Assembly: GCA_023454175.1 (NCBI GenBank)
Contig: JAEXRW010000028.1
Span: 2,200-66,199 of the forward strand
Length of the DNA stretch: 64,000 bases
Source of the DNA: Bacillota bacterium
GTDB taxonomy: Bacteria; Bacillota; Clostridia; Christensenellales; JAEXRW01
Reading direction: 5' to 3'
Shown here piece after piece: positions 1 through 8,459 of this stretch (positions are counted from its first letter, which is position 1; every line of letters begins with the position of its first letter). A program made the position numbers and the translations under genes. The notes beneath the pieces are model-generated. The model did no database searches. It had not been told where the DNA came from and worked only from the letters and a program-made list of their open reading frames with translations.

Positions 1-287
1 ATGCAGGAACTGAGCGCCGTTATGATGATCTTCACCGTCAATTCATAAGGAGAATCCGCCAGGAGCGTGAAAACGGGGATGAGGGCGCTGAGGAGGATGG
101 AAACGGCCATGGCCCATCTGAAGCCGGATTTATTGACGGAGCCTTTCCGATCGTACCAGTGTATCTGGCGGATGACCCTGTCGGTGACATAGATGCGGAC
201 ATGCTCATCCTGGATATGGCGGATATAGGCTGCAAACTCATCTTTTGCTTCATACTTTTTCCGATGCGCCATGCCATACACCTCCAT
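1..287 (-). CDS. SLATT/DUF4231-like two-TM protein, N-terminal ~95 aa only (gene continues beyond window start)
   Basis: Manual translation of - strand from ATG 287: MEVYGMAHRKKYEAKDEFAAYIRHIQDEHVRIYVTDRVIRQIHWYDRKGSVNKSGFRWAMAVSILLSALIPVFTLLADSPYELTVKIIITALSSC... A WYD-K motif followed by a hydrophobic helix is the DUF4231/SLATT hallmark. The frame is absent from the ORF track because it has no stop inside the window; the listed 38..292 ORF is a different frame. GC ~52%. Confidence 0.5.
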   Translation of the reverse strand, partial: MEVYGMAHRKKYEAKDEFAAYIRHIQDEHVRIYVTDRVIRQIHWYDRKGSVNKSGFRWAMAVSILLSALIPVFTLLADSPYELTVKIIITALSSC

Positions 288-473
288 TGCACAATTGGGG
301 TGTATTGATATGTATATGAATAATTAATACTGCATATGCCTCTATAGGGTCCCTATAATGGTCTAGTGAAAAAAGATGATTAATAAATGGGGAAGCAAAG
401 AATACCTAGGTATATGATATGAGTTTGAAGTTTATAACACTAATTGCTTATGTAATTTCATTCTGTCTTGAAG

Positions 474-1346
474 TCACCTAAGGTTATTGCCAAGCGATAC
501 ATATTCTATATTGGTACCTGTCTTAACGTCGTGAAAATTTATGCTTAAGCAACCACTCGTGCCAAAAAATTTTCCATATAAACTTGCTCGATCTTGTCCT
601 GATTTTCTGAAATCAAAAACTATATCAGGCACCCTGCATTCAAGGTTAATATGTGACGTATTTATACAGAATTTGATTTCAATTAATGATATTTTATCCT
701 CAACTAACTTTTGATTGATTAAAGAAATTACATCTCCACTTCGTTGTAATTCATCATCTAATAAACCAATAATATAGTCCAAGCTTCTACGAGAGTAGTT
801 CATTTCAAAAAATGAATTACTCTCTTTTACATCAACGCGAATCCTATTTGCACTTGCAGTACAATTAAAATCATCAACCAATTCAGGGGCAATAATAATG
901 TCATCTTCCAAGATTTGTAGTATTGGTTGGTCTTTCTCATTAAACAATAATGCATTAAGTACAACGGTCTTTGGCCTTATTTCTTTAATCTTAAAAATTT
1001 CACGACCTAACAATCTAAATGAGATATTATTCCCTAGGAATAGATTGCTTCCTGCAACGATTACCGATTGACCCAAACTCCAATGAATTTGTCCGTTAAT
1101 AGATTTTTCGAGCTTATCTTTTTTCATATTTCGAAGCTCTTGATTAGTCCATGTTCCAACATCAGCTTGTGCGTGATGTAACGGGCATAACGCAATCATA
1201 CCTTCTAGATTATGAATATGATTTGGCTCCCACGGAGGATCAAAATGGTGGTAAGCTAAAAAAGGTGACCTACAAATAGGACAACCATAGTTGACTTCTT
1301 TTCTCAATCGTTTTCGTATTATTACATTTGGTATTCTATTTTCCAT
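474..1346 (-). CDS. HNH endonuclease-domain protein with ~220-aa uncharacterised C-terminal domain
   Basis: N-terminal CPIC...YHHFDPP...N...ALCPLHH matches the HNH CxxC/HH/N/CxxHH pattern. Gene is ~31% GC inside a 58-62% GC genome. No recognisable match for the C-terminal part. Confidence 0.6.
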   Translation of the reverse strand: MENRIPNVIIRKRLRKEVNYGCPICRSPFLAYHHFDPPWEPNHIHNLEGMIALCPLHHAQADVGTWTNQELRNMKKDKLEKSINGQIHWSLGQSVIVAGSNLFLGNNISFRLLGREIFKIKEIRPKTVVLNALLFNEKDQPILQILEDDIIIAPELVDDFNCTASANRIRVDVKESNSFFEMNYSRRSLDYIIGLLDDELQRSGDVISLINQKLVEDKISLIEIKFCINTSHINLECRVPDIVFDFRKSGQDRASLYGKFFGTSGCLSINFHDVKTGTNIEYVSLGNNLR

Positions 1347-1521
1347 ATACTAATTTTATATCTTTGATAATAATCTTACAATGCTAAATAATTCAAAATA
1401 AAATATATATTACATGCAACTTCATGATGGATCGTCACTATAAGGTATCCAATACAGACAATTTACCCATAATAATATATAATGGTGATATTGATTTGAA
1501 CTGAAGAGGGGTCAAACAGGA

Positions 1522-2340
1522 ATGGACAACGAAAGCAGACTGATGGACAACGACAATAAACTGGCCGTATTGATAGACGCGGAGAACGTCTCCAGCAAAT
1601 ACCTCAAGGCGATCCTGGACGAGATATCCAAATACGGGATCCCCACGTACAAGCGCATCTACGGGGACTGGACGACGCCGCAGATGACGAGCTGGAAAAG
1701 CACGCTGCTGGAAAACGCCATCATCCCGATGCAGCAGTACAGCTATGTGAGCGGGAAGAACTCCACTGACTCGGCGCTGATCATCGACGCGATGGACATA
1801 TTGTACACGGGGAACGTGGACGGATTCTGCATCGTATCCAGCGACAGCGACTTCACGCGGCTGGCGACACGGCTGCGGGAAGCGGGGAGGCTCGTGATCG
1901 GATTCGGTGAGAAGAAGACGCCGTCATCCTTTATCTCCTCGTGCAATAAATTTGTCTATATCGAAGTGCTGCTGACGCCCGAGGAACCGGCGGCGCCCGT
2001 GAGCATCAACGGGGCCAAACCGGACACGGAGCACAAGGAAGGGACGGCGCTGGGGAGCACCAAGGGGGAGATCATGAATTCCCTGCGGTCCATCCTCAAC
2101 GACATATCGGACGACCAGGGATGGGCCCTGCTGAGCTCGGTGGGCTCCATCCTCAGCAAGCGGCACCCGGACTTCGACACGCGCAACTACAAGTGCAGGA
2201 ACCTGACGGAATTCGTGAAGAAGCTGGGGCAGTATGAGATCGACTCCCGGCCCACGAAGGACCCGAAGATACGGCATAACTACATACGGCTGAAACCGGT
2301 AACGACCAAACCTTTGGTGGCCAAGAAGGAAAAAGAGTAA
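1522..2340 (+). CDS. NYN (LabA-like) domain protein with C-terminal OST-HTH/LOTUS domain
   Basis: N-terminus KLAVLIDAENV...CIVSSDSDF is typical of NYN/LabA. C-terminus EIMNSLRSILND...GWALLSSVGSILSKRHPDFD...LTEFVKKLGQYEI is typical of OST-HTH. RBS GAAGAGGGG precedes the ATG. Confidence 0.7.
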   Translation: MDNESRLMDNDNKLAVLIDAENVSSKYLKAILDEISKYGIPTYKRIYGDWTTPQMTSWKSTLLENAIIPMQQYSYVSGKNSTDSALIIDAMDILYTGNVDGFCIVSSDSDFTRLATRLREAGRLVIGFGEKKTPSSFISSCNKFVYIEVLLTPEEPAAPVSINGAKPDTEHKEGTALGSTKGEIMNSLRSILNDISDDQGWALLSSVGSILSKRHPDFDTRNYKCRNLTEFVKKLGQYEIDSRPTKDPKIRHNYIRLKPVTTKPLVAKKEKE

Positions 2341-2466
2341 ATTAATAATTGAGAATTGAAAATTGAGAATTATCCTGCGATGAACTAGCCAAACCCCTCA
2401 GCCTCAAGCAAGCTTGAGGCAGCTCCCCTAATAGGGGCGCCATGCGACAGGCCCTGGGGAAAACAG
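2341..2466 (+). repeat. mosaic intergenic repeat element (heptads AATTGAG/AATTGAA, then hairpin, then CCATGCGAC module)
   Basis: Starts at the stop of the NYN gene: attaataattgagaattgaaaattgagaatt. Contains gcctcaagcaagcttgaggc and ggcgccatgcgacaggccctgggg, which are shared with 5495 and 32975. Confidence 0.6.
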
Positions 2467-2533
2467 TAAAGAATTAATAGTTGTGGAATTTGGGGAGGCG
2501 GGTGTGCCCTCCATTGAGTATGAATATTCATCA

Positions 2534-2570
2534 AAGAAGAACGGACGGATAACCGCCCGTTCTTCTTTGA
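2534..2570. terminator. hairpin terminator between convergent NYN (+) and S8 peptidase (-) genes
   Basis: aagaagaacggacgg-ataa-ccgcccgttcttctt followed by tga. Confidence 0.55.
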
Positions 2571-2583
2571 TACGTTTACCTGA

Positions 2584-3714
2584 TCAATGGCTCTTGTCTG
2601 CCTCCACAGCCTGGATGAAGGCGGCGGGGTCAACGACGAAAGAGCCGGACTTGTTCACCGTACGGGTATCGTAAAGGAGGTCCAGGATCTTTTCATATGT
2701 TATCCCGGGATCCACCTGATAGGCCAAAGCGCACAGGCCGGCGGTATAGGCGATGGTCCAGCTGAAACCGCCTTCGTTCCAATACCTGCAGGCAGAACTG
2801 CTTTCGTTTTCCGCTGTAGTCCTGTAATCCCCCGGAACGATGACCACCGGGAAGGGCGCTTTTTTCGCTTCGGGATAGCGGTATATGTAGTTATCCGGAT
2901 CATCCTTATCCTTGTACGGCGGGCAGCCCCCTTCAAAGAACCTGTTGCCGAGGCTGTTGGAATAATTGACGTCAATGCCCGCGGCTTTGGCCCTGGCCAG
3001 TGCGGCGCTGAAGTGCTCCCAATCGGTACCCTGCTCCTGAAGACCGTCCGAGATAGAAAGAAGCCTGATTTTTTCCCCGGCAGGCAATGCCTGATTGAAC
3101 GCGATGAGGGCGTCCATGGCCGCGCAGTAATTCTCGATGTTCATCCCGTTATCCGGCACCGCGAAATAGTAGAGCTTCACGCCGGGTGCGACGCCGCAGG
3201 TATCCCCCGCGATGATGGAGGCGCAGGCCTGGCCGTGAAAATGCAGGGTCTCAAAACTGCCTGAGATATCCTTCACGGGCATATAGACCAGCCGTCCGCC
3301 GTATTCCATATGGGTGCTATCAATGGGCTTATCAAAGACCGCAACCGATACGCCCTGACCCGTGATGCCCTGCCGGTGAAGGTCCCGGACACCCAGGCCC
3401 GGATCCCTGCAGGCATCCAGCCAGCCGGACGGGGAAAAGGACGCAGGCAGCTTCGACACATCCGGCCAGACAGTGGCGTTATCATAGACGAGGCCGGAGA
3501 GCATCTCCAGGGACGCCTTCGAAAGATCCTTTGCGCTGAGATCCAGCCCCGAGACGCCCTGGTTTTTATCCAAAGGCCCGAGAACCTCCTGGCGCTCGGT
3601 TTCTACATCCACTTCCGGATTGACCAGTGTCACAACCAGGACGGCGGCGCCCGCCAGCGCCAGGACGATGATGCTGAGCATCAGAATAAGTTTCCATGGC
3701 TTTTTCCTTGTCAT
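2584..3714 (-). CDS. S8 (subtilisin-like) serine peptidase with N-terminal membrane anchor/signal
   Basis: Catalytic triad in D/H/S order: VAVFDKPID, HGQACASIIAG, and GFSWTIAYTAGLCAL aligning to GTSMAAPHVAGAAAL. Start chosen at MTRKKPWK, which has RBS GGAGGGAG and is followed by a hydrophobic helix. Confidence 0.7.
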   Translation of the reverse strand: MTRKKPWKLILMLSIIVLALAGAAVLVVTLVNPEVDVETERQEVLGPLDKNQGVSGLDLSAKDLSKASLEMLSGLVYDNATVWPDVSKLPASFSPSGWLDACRDPGLGVRDLHRQGITGQGVSVAVFDKPIDSTHMEYGGRLVYMPVKDISGSFETLHFHGQACASIIAGDTCGVAPGVKLYYFAVPDNGMNIENYCAAMDALIAFNQALPAGEKIRLLSISDGLQEQGTDWEHFSAALARAKAAGIDVNYSNSLGNRFFEGGCPPYKDKDDPDNYIYRYPEAKKAPFPVVIVPGDYRTTAENESSSACRYWNEGGFSWTIAYTAGLCALAYQVDPGITYEKILDLLYDTRTVNKSGSFVVDPAAFIQAVEADKSH

Positions 3715-3982
3715 AGATATGATCTCCCTCCAAAACGGACCGTAACGGTCCAAATCCGCCGCCCTAACAGACATCAGAACGGCGGGAACCATTTACGGCA
3801 TCCAGCCGATGGTTAACATTACATTATATAGCTGTATTAACAGGAAATCAAGAAAATTTATGCCATAGAAACGAGTGTGGAGCGAACGGACAAGAACCAA
3901 TAATCGGCTCAGGGATGCTGCAGGCACGCGCTAACCACTGATAATCAGATCAGCTGGAATGGATCATCCCTTTGGAAGATCG

Positions 3983-4366
3983 TCATGGACTTTGGGCTGA
4001 GACGGGCGGGGCAAGCTCCCGATGCGTGATGCCCGCAGGCGAGCGGGTTTCCGAGAAGGGGTAATGCGCGGAGATATGCCGAAGGTAAAAGGCATTCTTA
4101 TTGGACGACACGTCCAAGGCGCGGTACACACCGCGCGGAACGGATGAATACAGGCGTTTCACGCCATCGGCATAGATGACGCTGAGTGTCATGGATGGTT
4201 CGCAATAAATATACAGCTCGATATGGCGCAGGAATACCAGGGTCCCTATCTCAAACACCGCCCAATCCAGTATAAATGTATGGGAAAAAAGACCTGTCCC
4301 ATGCACAAAGTTATTGATAACCTTATCCAGGCACTCTAAACAAATCCTGTGAATAAGCATGCCCAA
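3983..4366 (-). CDS. hypothetical protein
   Basis: 127-aa ORF divergent from the ligase gene with moderate GC. No recognisable motifs and a weak RBS. Confidence 0.2.
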   Translation of the reverse strand: MGMLIHRICLECLDKVINNFVHGTGLFSHTFILDWAVFEIGTLVFLRHIELYIYCEPSMTLSVIYADGVKRLYSSVPRGVYRALDVSSNKNAFYLRHISAHYPFSETRSPAGITHRELAPPVSAQSP

Positions 4367-4506
4367 AAATCCCTGATAAATGCCAGATGCAAGGTAAAGA
4401 ATGATAGTGAACCAACAATCCGGGCAACGTTACAGATGGCAGCAAACGCCACGGACGGGATGATCGTTACGAACTGGAATAATTGTTACGACGGGAGAAT
4501 GGACGC

Positions 4507-5424
4507 GTGTGGACGGAACCGATAGCACCGATGGAACCGCTGGTACGGGAGGAGCCATTTGACTCCCCACTGCACCTTTTCCAGGTGAAATGGGACGGGG
4601 TGCGGGTACTGGCGTATGCAACGGGCGAGGGGATCCGCCTGATCAACCGGCGGCTGAACGAGCGGACAGAGCAGTACCCCGAGATCACCGCGGCGCTTTC
4701 ATCATTACCCGCAGGGACTGTCATAGACGGAGAAGTGATCGCATTGGGGGCGGACGGGAAGCCGAGTTTCCCGCAGGTGATGAGGCGGGACCAGCTGCGT
4801 TCAAAAAACAAAACGGCCGGCGCGGCCGCCAGCCTGCCGGTGCATTACATGGCGTTTGACATGTTATGGCACGGCGGGAAAGATATCATGCACGAGCCAT
4901 TGACGGTGCGGCAGAAGATATTACAGGACAGCATTCAACCAAACATCACCGTGCAGCTGGTGGACAGCATCGAAACGGAAGGCATCGCGCTTTTCCGCGC
5001 CGTGGAGGCTGAGGGAATGGAGGGGGTGGTGGCGAAGGTGAAGGACAGCCGCTACCTGCCGGGGCGCAAGACGGAGCTGTGGCAGAAGATGAAATGCTGG
5101 CGGGAGATCACGGTATGGGTGTGCGGATGGGAATACGAGGGGCCGCGCATCCGCTCACTGCTCGTTGGCGCGGAGGAGGACGGGGAGATGCGCTTTGCGG
5201 GGAACGTGAGCAGCGGTATCACGCAGAAGCAGTGGAGCGCATTGAAAGAATATCTGGAGGGAGTCAATCCACCGGAACAGGAGTGCCCGTTCGGCGGAGT
5301 AAAGAAAATGCCAAACGTACGGTGGGCGAGGCCGGAGATACGGATCAGGACACGTTATCTGGAGTGGACGGAGGATTTGAAACTGAGAAATCCCAGTGTT
5401 ATGCAATTGATAATTGATAATTGA
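4507..5424 (+). CDS. ligD: ATP-dependent DNA ligase (LigD ligase-domain-like, NHEJ)
   Basis: QVKWDGVRV contains the KxDG adenylation motif I, and the overall nucleotidyltransferase/OB layout fits. Start is uncertain among GTG 4507, ATG 4531 and TTG 4483. The last six codons and the stop are encoded by the heptad repeat element. Confidence 0.75.
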   Translation: MWTEPIAPMEPLVREEPFDSPLHLFQVKWDGVRVLAYATGEGIRLINRRLNERTEQYPEITAALSSLPAGTVIDGEVIALGADGKPSFPQVMRRDQLRSKNKTAGAAASLPVHYMAFDMLWHGGKDIMHEPLTVRQKILQDSIQPNITVQLVDSIETEGIALFRAVEAEGMEGVVAKVKDSRYLPGRKTELWQKMKCWREITVWVCGWEYEGPRIRSLLVGAEEDGEMRFAGNVSSGITQKQWSALKEYLEGVNPPEQECPFGGVKKMPNVRWARPEIRIRTRYLEWTEDLKLRNPSVMQLIIDN

Positions 5425-5601
5425 TAATTGAGAATTGCGGAATGCCTGCGGCATGATCCTATTACCCTGCGAGGGGGCTCTCTCCCTCAGTCGCCATGCG
5501 ACCCCATTGTGCCGCAAGCGGCCCATTTGTCGCTTGGACGACAGCCCCTCTCGCAAACGCGCGCAACGCGCGGCAGAGGGAGCTTAGTGACCCCGCAGGG
5601 G
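5404..5601 (+). repeat. mosaic intergenic repeat element (AATTGAT heptads x4, TTGCGGAATGCCTGCGGCATGATCC hairpin, CCATGCGACCCC module, nested palindrome CCCTCT-cgcaa-ACGCGCG-caa-CGCGCG-gca-GAGGG)
   Basis: Direct reading. The heptads encode the last residues and the stop of the ligase gene. Downstream modules recur at 18350-18460 and 60690-60775. Confidence 0.7.
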
Positions 5602-5767
5602 TATTCTTCAGCCAAGCGATCCTCTTGGCCGTAACAGGATACCGCCCATTGACAGCTATACAGGTAACTATCAAACTAAAAATGTGTTGGGATAAAGAAA
5701 AAGGGTATTTGTTAATTGAAAATAATAGGTTATAAACGTTAACTTCTTCTTGAAGGGAGGGTGAAGC

Positions 5768-6649
5768 ATGAACGCCAACACCATCACGATCGAGGGGAAA
5801 GAGGTATGCATCACGAGGCCGGAGAAAATGCTTTTCCCGGCCATCGGGGCGAGCAAGAGCGACCTGATCGAGTATTATATCCGGATGGCGCGGTACATCC
5901 TGCCGTGGCTGCACAACCGGCCTTTCTCGATGGAATCCTTCCCGGATGGCGTTGAGGGCAAACACTTTTACCAGAAGCAGCGGCCGGAAGACGCGCCGGA
6001 GTGGCTGGAAGGAATCACACTGCCCTCGGAGAAGCGGGGGCACCTGGACTGGTGCTTTGTGAACGACACAGCGAGCCTGGTTTATATGGCGAACCGGGCG
6101 AATATCCAGACACACGCGTGGTTCTCCCGTGCGCCGAGGCTGGACGAGCCCGACATCGCGGTATTTGACCTGGACCCTTCCGGGAACACGGGGTATGCCG
6201 ACGCGGTGGAGGCGGCGCGGCTGATCAAGATCATCCTCGATGAGATGAAGGTGACGGCTTTTCCCAAGACTTCGGGCGCGACGGGCGTGCATATCGTGAT
6301 CCCCATCGAACCGACGCCCTTTGAGAAGGTGCGGGAGTACCTGGGGAAGGTGTGCAGGATGGTGGAGAAGGCGCACCCGGACCGCTTCACCACCGAACGG
6401 ACCATCAGCAAACGTGGGGACAAGGTGTACCTGGACGCGGTACAGAATGCCCGGGCCAAGACGATCCCCTCGCCCTACAGCGTGCGGGCCACGGCGACCG
6501 CCACGGTATCCACACCCGTGACGTGGGACGAGCTGCTCATCCAGGGGGTACGGCCCGAGATGTTCACCATTCGTAATATCGAGGAGCGGGTGAAGCGGAT
6601 CGGCGACCTTTTCGCGCCGGTGTACCAGATGAGGCAAAAAATCAGTTGA
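5768..6649 (+). CDS. NHEJ polymerase/primase domain protein (LigD Pol-domain-like)
   Basis: AVFDLDPSG and KTSGATGVHIVIP are typical of the archaeo-eukaryotic primase-like LigD polymerase domain. RBS AAGGGAGGG is present. The stop TGA lies inside the first AGTTGAG heptad. Confidence 0.75.
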   Translation: MNANTITIEGKEVCITRPEKMLFPAIGASKSDLIEYYIRMARYILPWLHNRPFSMESFPDGVEGKHFYQKQRPEDAPEWLEGITLPSEKRGHLDWCFVNDTASLVYMANRANIQTHAWFSRAPRLDEPDIAVFDLDPSGNTGYADAVEAARLIKIILDEMKVTAFPKTSGATGVHIVIPIEPTPFEKVREYLGKVCRMVEKAHPDRFTTERTISKRGDKVYLDAVQNARAKTIPSPYSVRATATATVSTPVTWDELLIQGVRPEMFTIRNIEERVKRIGDLFAPVYQMRQKIS

Positions 6650-6757
6650 GAGTTGAAAGTTGAGAGTTGAGAGTTGCGGTATGCAAAGGGATCACTCCTT
6701 CAGCCTCCTTCGTCGGCAGCTCCCTCATCTGAGGGAGCCAAGATGGCTCTGTACTAG
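6644..6757 (+). repeat. mosaic intergenic repeat element (AGTTGAG heptads x4, then TTGCGGTATGC)
   Basis: agttgagagttgaaagttgagagttgagagttgcggtatgc. The first heptad contains the stop of the LigD-pol gene. Followed by cctcatctgagggag hairpin. Confidence 0.7.
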
Positions 6758-6818
6758 TTCATTCATATTCTAATATCCGAAGATTCGTGATGTACAGTTA
6801 GAATATATAACAAATACA

Positions 6819-7712
6819 TCAATAGATATCCGCTGCATCTTTGGGAAGGGTGCGGATGCGGCGAAGATAAGCCAGGCAGTTCTGAGCCTCCACGTTATTA
6901 TATATTAACCCTAGATCTGTGCCGACCTGCTGTGCTGTTTCATCAAACAGGTCCGCCATGGTGAAGACGGAATCCCAGATATCCGGCACATCGGCACGGG
7001 GGTATGTGAGGAGGTATTTGCTCCAATCTGCCCCCGAAAGGTACCGGGGCAGGTATTTGCCGCTTTTGCCCATACCGCAGGAGAAGTCTGTCAGCTTCCC
7101 GGCATACCAGGTGAGCATCTTGAGGAGCTGCGGCCGCACCAGGGTTTCCAAAGCGTCCATCGCATAGGTGATCTCCTCACGCCAGAGCCCTTTCGCAACG
7201 TAGAGGATGACCCACCAGAATTCATTGCAGCAGCAGAAGAACAGGTCCTGCGAGGGCCTTTGTACTAAATGGCGTTTGTCCGAGCTTTCGGGGAGCGGGG
7301 GCAGGGCATGGTCCTTATCCAGCAGGACAACGGTGCAACTGTCTTCATGCAGGTGCGCCAAAGCATATTCCCTTTCCCGGATGTGGAGGTCGATCCGGTT
7401 CCCGTCGGTGAACTGCATGAGATAACCATAATCCTTATCGAAGTCATACGGATGGCCGAGGAGCTTGTCCATCTCATCGGGCAGTTGGAGGATGAACCTC
7501 TCCCCGAACACGTCGATCCACCCCGGATCCCGGATAAACGAGGCCGTCCCGGTGACCATATATACGACGTCATAATCCTGAAAGATATCCTTCGGGACGT
7601 TCTTATCGGCCCTAGAACCATTCAGCAGTACGGCGCGTATGCGTTCATCCTCGCGGGCGACGTCCAGGATCAGGGCGAACATCTCAGTTTCGCTGCGCAT
7701 GACTACCTCCAT
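6819..7712 (-). CDS. aadK: aminoglycoside 6-nucleotidyltransferase ANT(6)/AadK family
   Basis: Collinear with ANT(6): DERIRAVLLNGSRA..PKD.FQDYD, DCCNEFWWV..YVAKGL.R.E. About 290 aa. Confidence 0.7.
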   Translation of the reverse strand: MEVVMRSETEMFALILDVAREDERIRAVLLNGSRADKNVPKDIFQDYDVVYMVTGTASFIRDPGWIDVFGERFILQLPDEMDKLLGHPYDFDKDYGYLMQFTDGNRIDLHIREREYALAHLHEDSCTVVLLDKDHALPPLPESSDKRHLVQRPSQDLFFCCCNEFWWVILYVAKGLWREEITYAMDALETLVRPQLLKMLTWYAGKLTDFSCGMGKSGKYLPRYLSGADWSKYLLTYPRADVPDIWDSVFTMADLFDETAQQVGTDLGLIYNNVEAQNCLAYLRRIRTLPKDAADIY

Positions 7713-7874
7713 AAGCGATTATTGAAGAAGAGCACATACATTCATTGTACATCCTACAGGACAAATGTAAAATATATCCGGGAGCATTCGCTTTTTAAAG
7801 GCGCATTGCACGTATTTGAAACAGGGCATGAAGGAATAAATAATGCCATCCCAAACATATGGGAGGGTCAAACC

Positions 7875-8459
7875 ATGGACAAACAGGAACTGGAGGCATG
7901 CCTTTCGACGCTGGACAGGGGCGATTTCATCGAGCGGAAATACAGGGAATATGCCGTCATCGACGCGCCGCTGCGAATCGGACACGGGCAGACCATCTCG
8001 CAGCCGAGCCTGGTAAAGTACATGACGGAGCTGCTGAACCCCGAAAAGGATTCACGGGTACTGGAGGTGGGGACGGGGAGCGGATACCAGACGGCCATCC
8101 TAGCCTGCCTGTGCGATGCGGTCTACACCATCGAACGGATCGAGGAACTTTCCAAAACCGCGGAGAAGCGGCTGGCCGATATGGGATACCGCAATATCCA
8201 TTTCTTCATACGGGACGGGAGCAAGGGACTGGCGGAACACGCGCCCTATGACCGGATCATGGTGACGGCGGCGGGGGGGAGCATCCCGAAGGAATTGCTG
8301 GAGCAACTGAAGCCGGGCGGGAGGATGGTGATACCGGCGGGGCCGCGGGAGGTGCAGGACCTGTACCTCGTGACGAAGGACGGGGATGGGAGCATCCACA
8401 GGGAAGTCGTGGAGAAGGTACGCTTTGTGGAGCTGAAGGGAGAATACGGATTTAATTAA
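7875..8459 (+). CDS. pcm: protein-L-isoaspartate O-methyltransferase
   Basis: GHGQTISQPSLVKYM, VLEVGTGSGYQTA (SAM motif I) and RIMVTAAGGSIPKEL. RBS GGGAGGG before ATG 7875. The longer listed ORF 7269..8459 is a read-through extension antisense to aadK. Confidence 0.8.
   Translation: MDKQELEACLSTLDRGDFIERKYREYAVIDAPLRIGHGQTISQPSLVKYMTELLNPEKDSRVLEVGTGSGYQTAILACLCDAVYTIERIEELSKTAEKRLADMGYRNIHFFIRDGSKGLAEHAPYDRIMVTAAGGSIPKELLEQLKPGGRMVIPAGPREVQDLYLVTKDGDGSIHREVVEKVRFVELKGEYGFN

Noticed and set aside
38-292. Listed 84-aa - strand ORF at the window start
   Set aside because: Wrong frame. The neighbouring frame gives a DUF4231/SLATT-like sequence (reported as feature 1..287), whereas this frame is Ser/Met-rich with no features.
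5462-6637. 391-aa ORF on the - strand
   Set aside because: It is entirely antisense to the well-supported LigD polymerase-domain gene. Arg/Pro/Gly-rich composition is typical of antisense frames in high-GC DNA. No RBS.
6644-6680. Heptad tandem arrays considered as a CRISPR array or iterons
   Set aside because: Units are 7 nt with no spacers and too few copies for CRISPR. No cas genes. They always occur with the same downstream hairpin modules, which fits a composite repeat element.
7269-7874. N-terminal 200-aa extension of the pcm ORF
   Set aside because: The extension is antisense to aadK. pcm has its own RBS (GGGAGGG) at ATG 7875 and full-length homology starts there.
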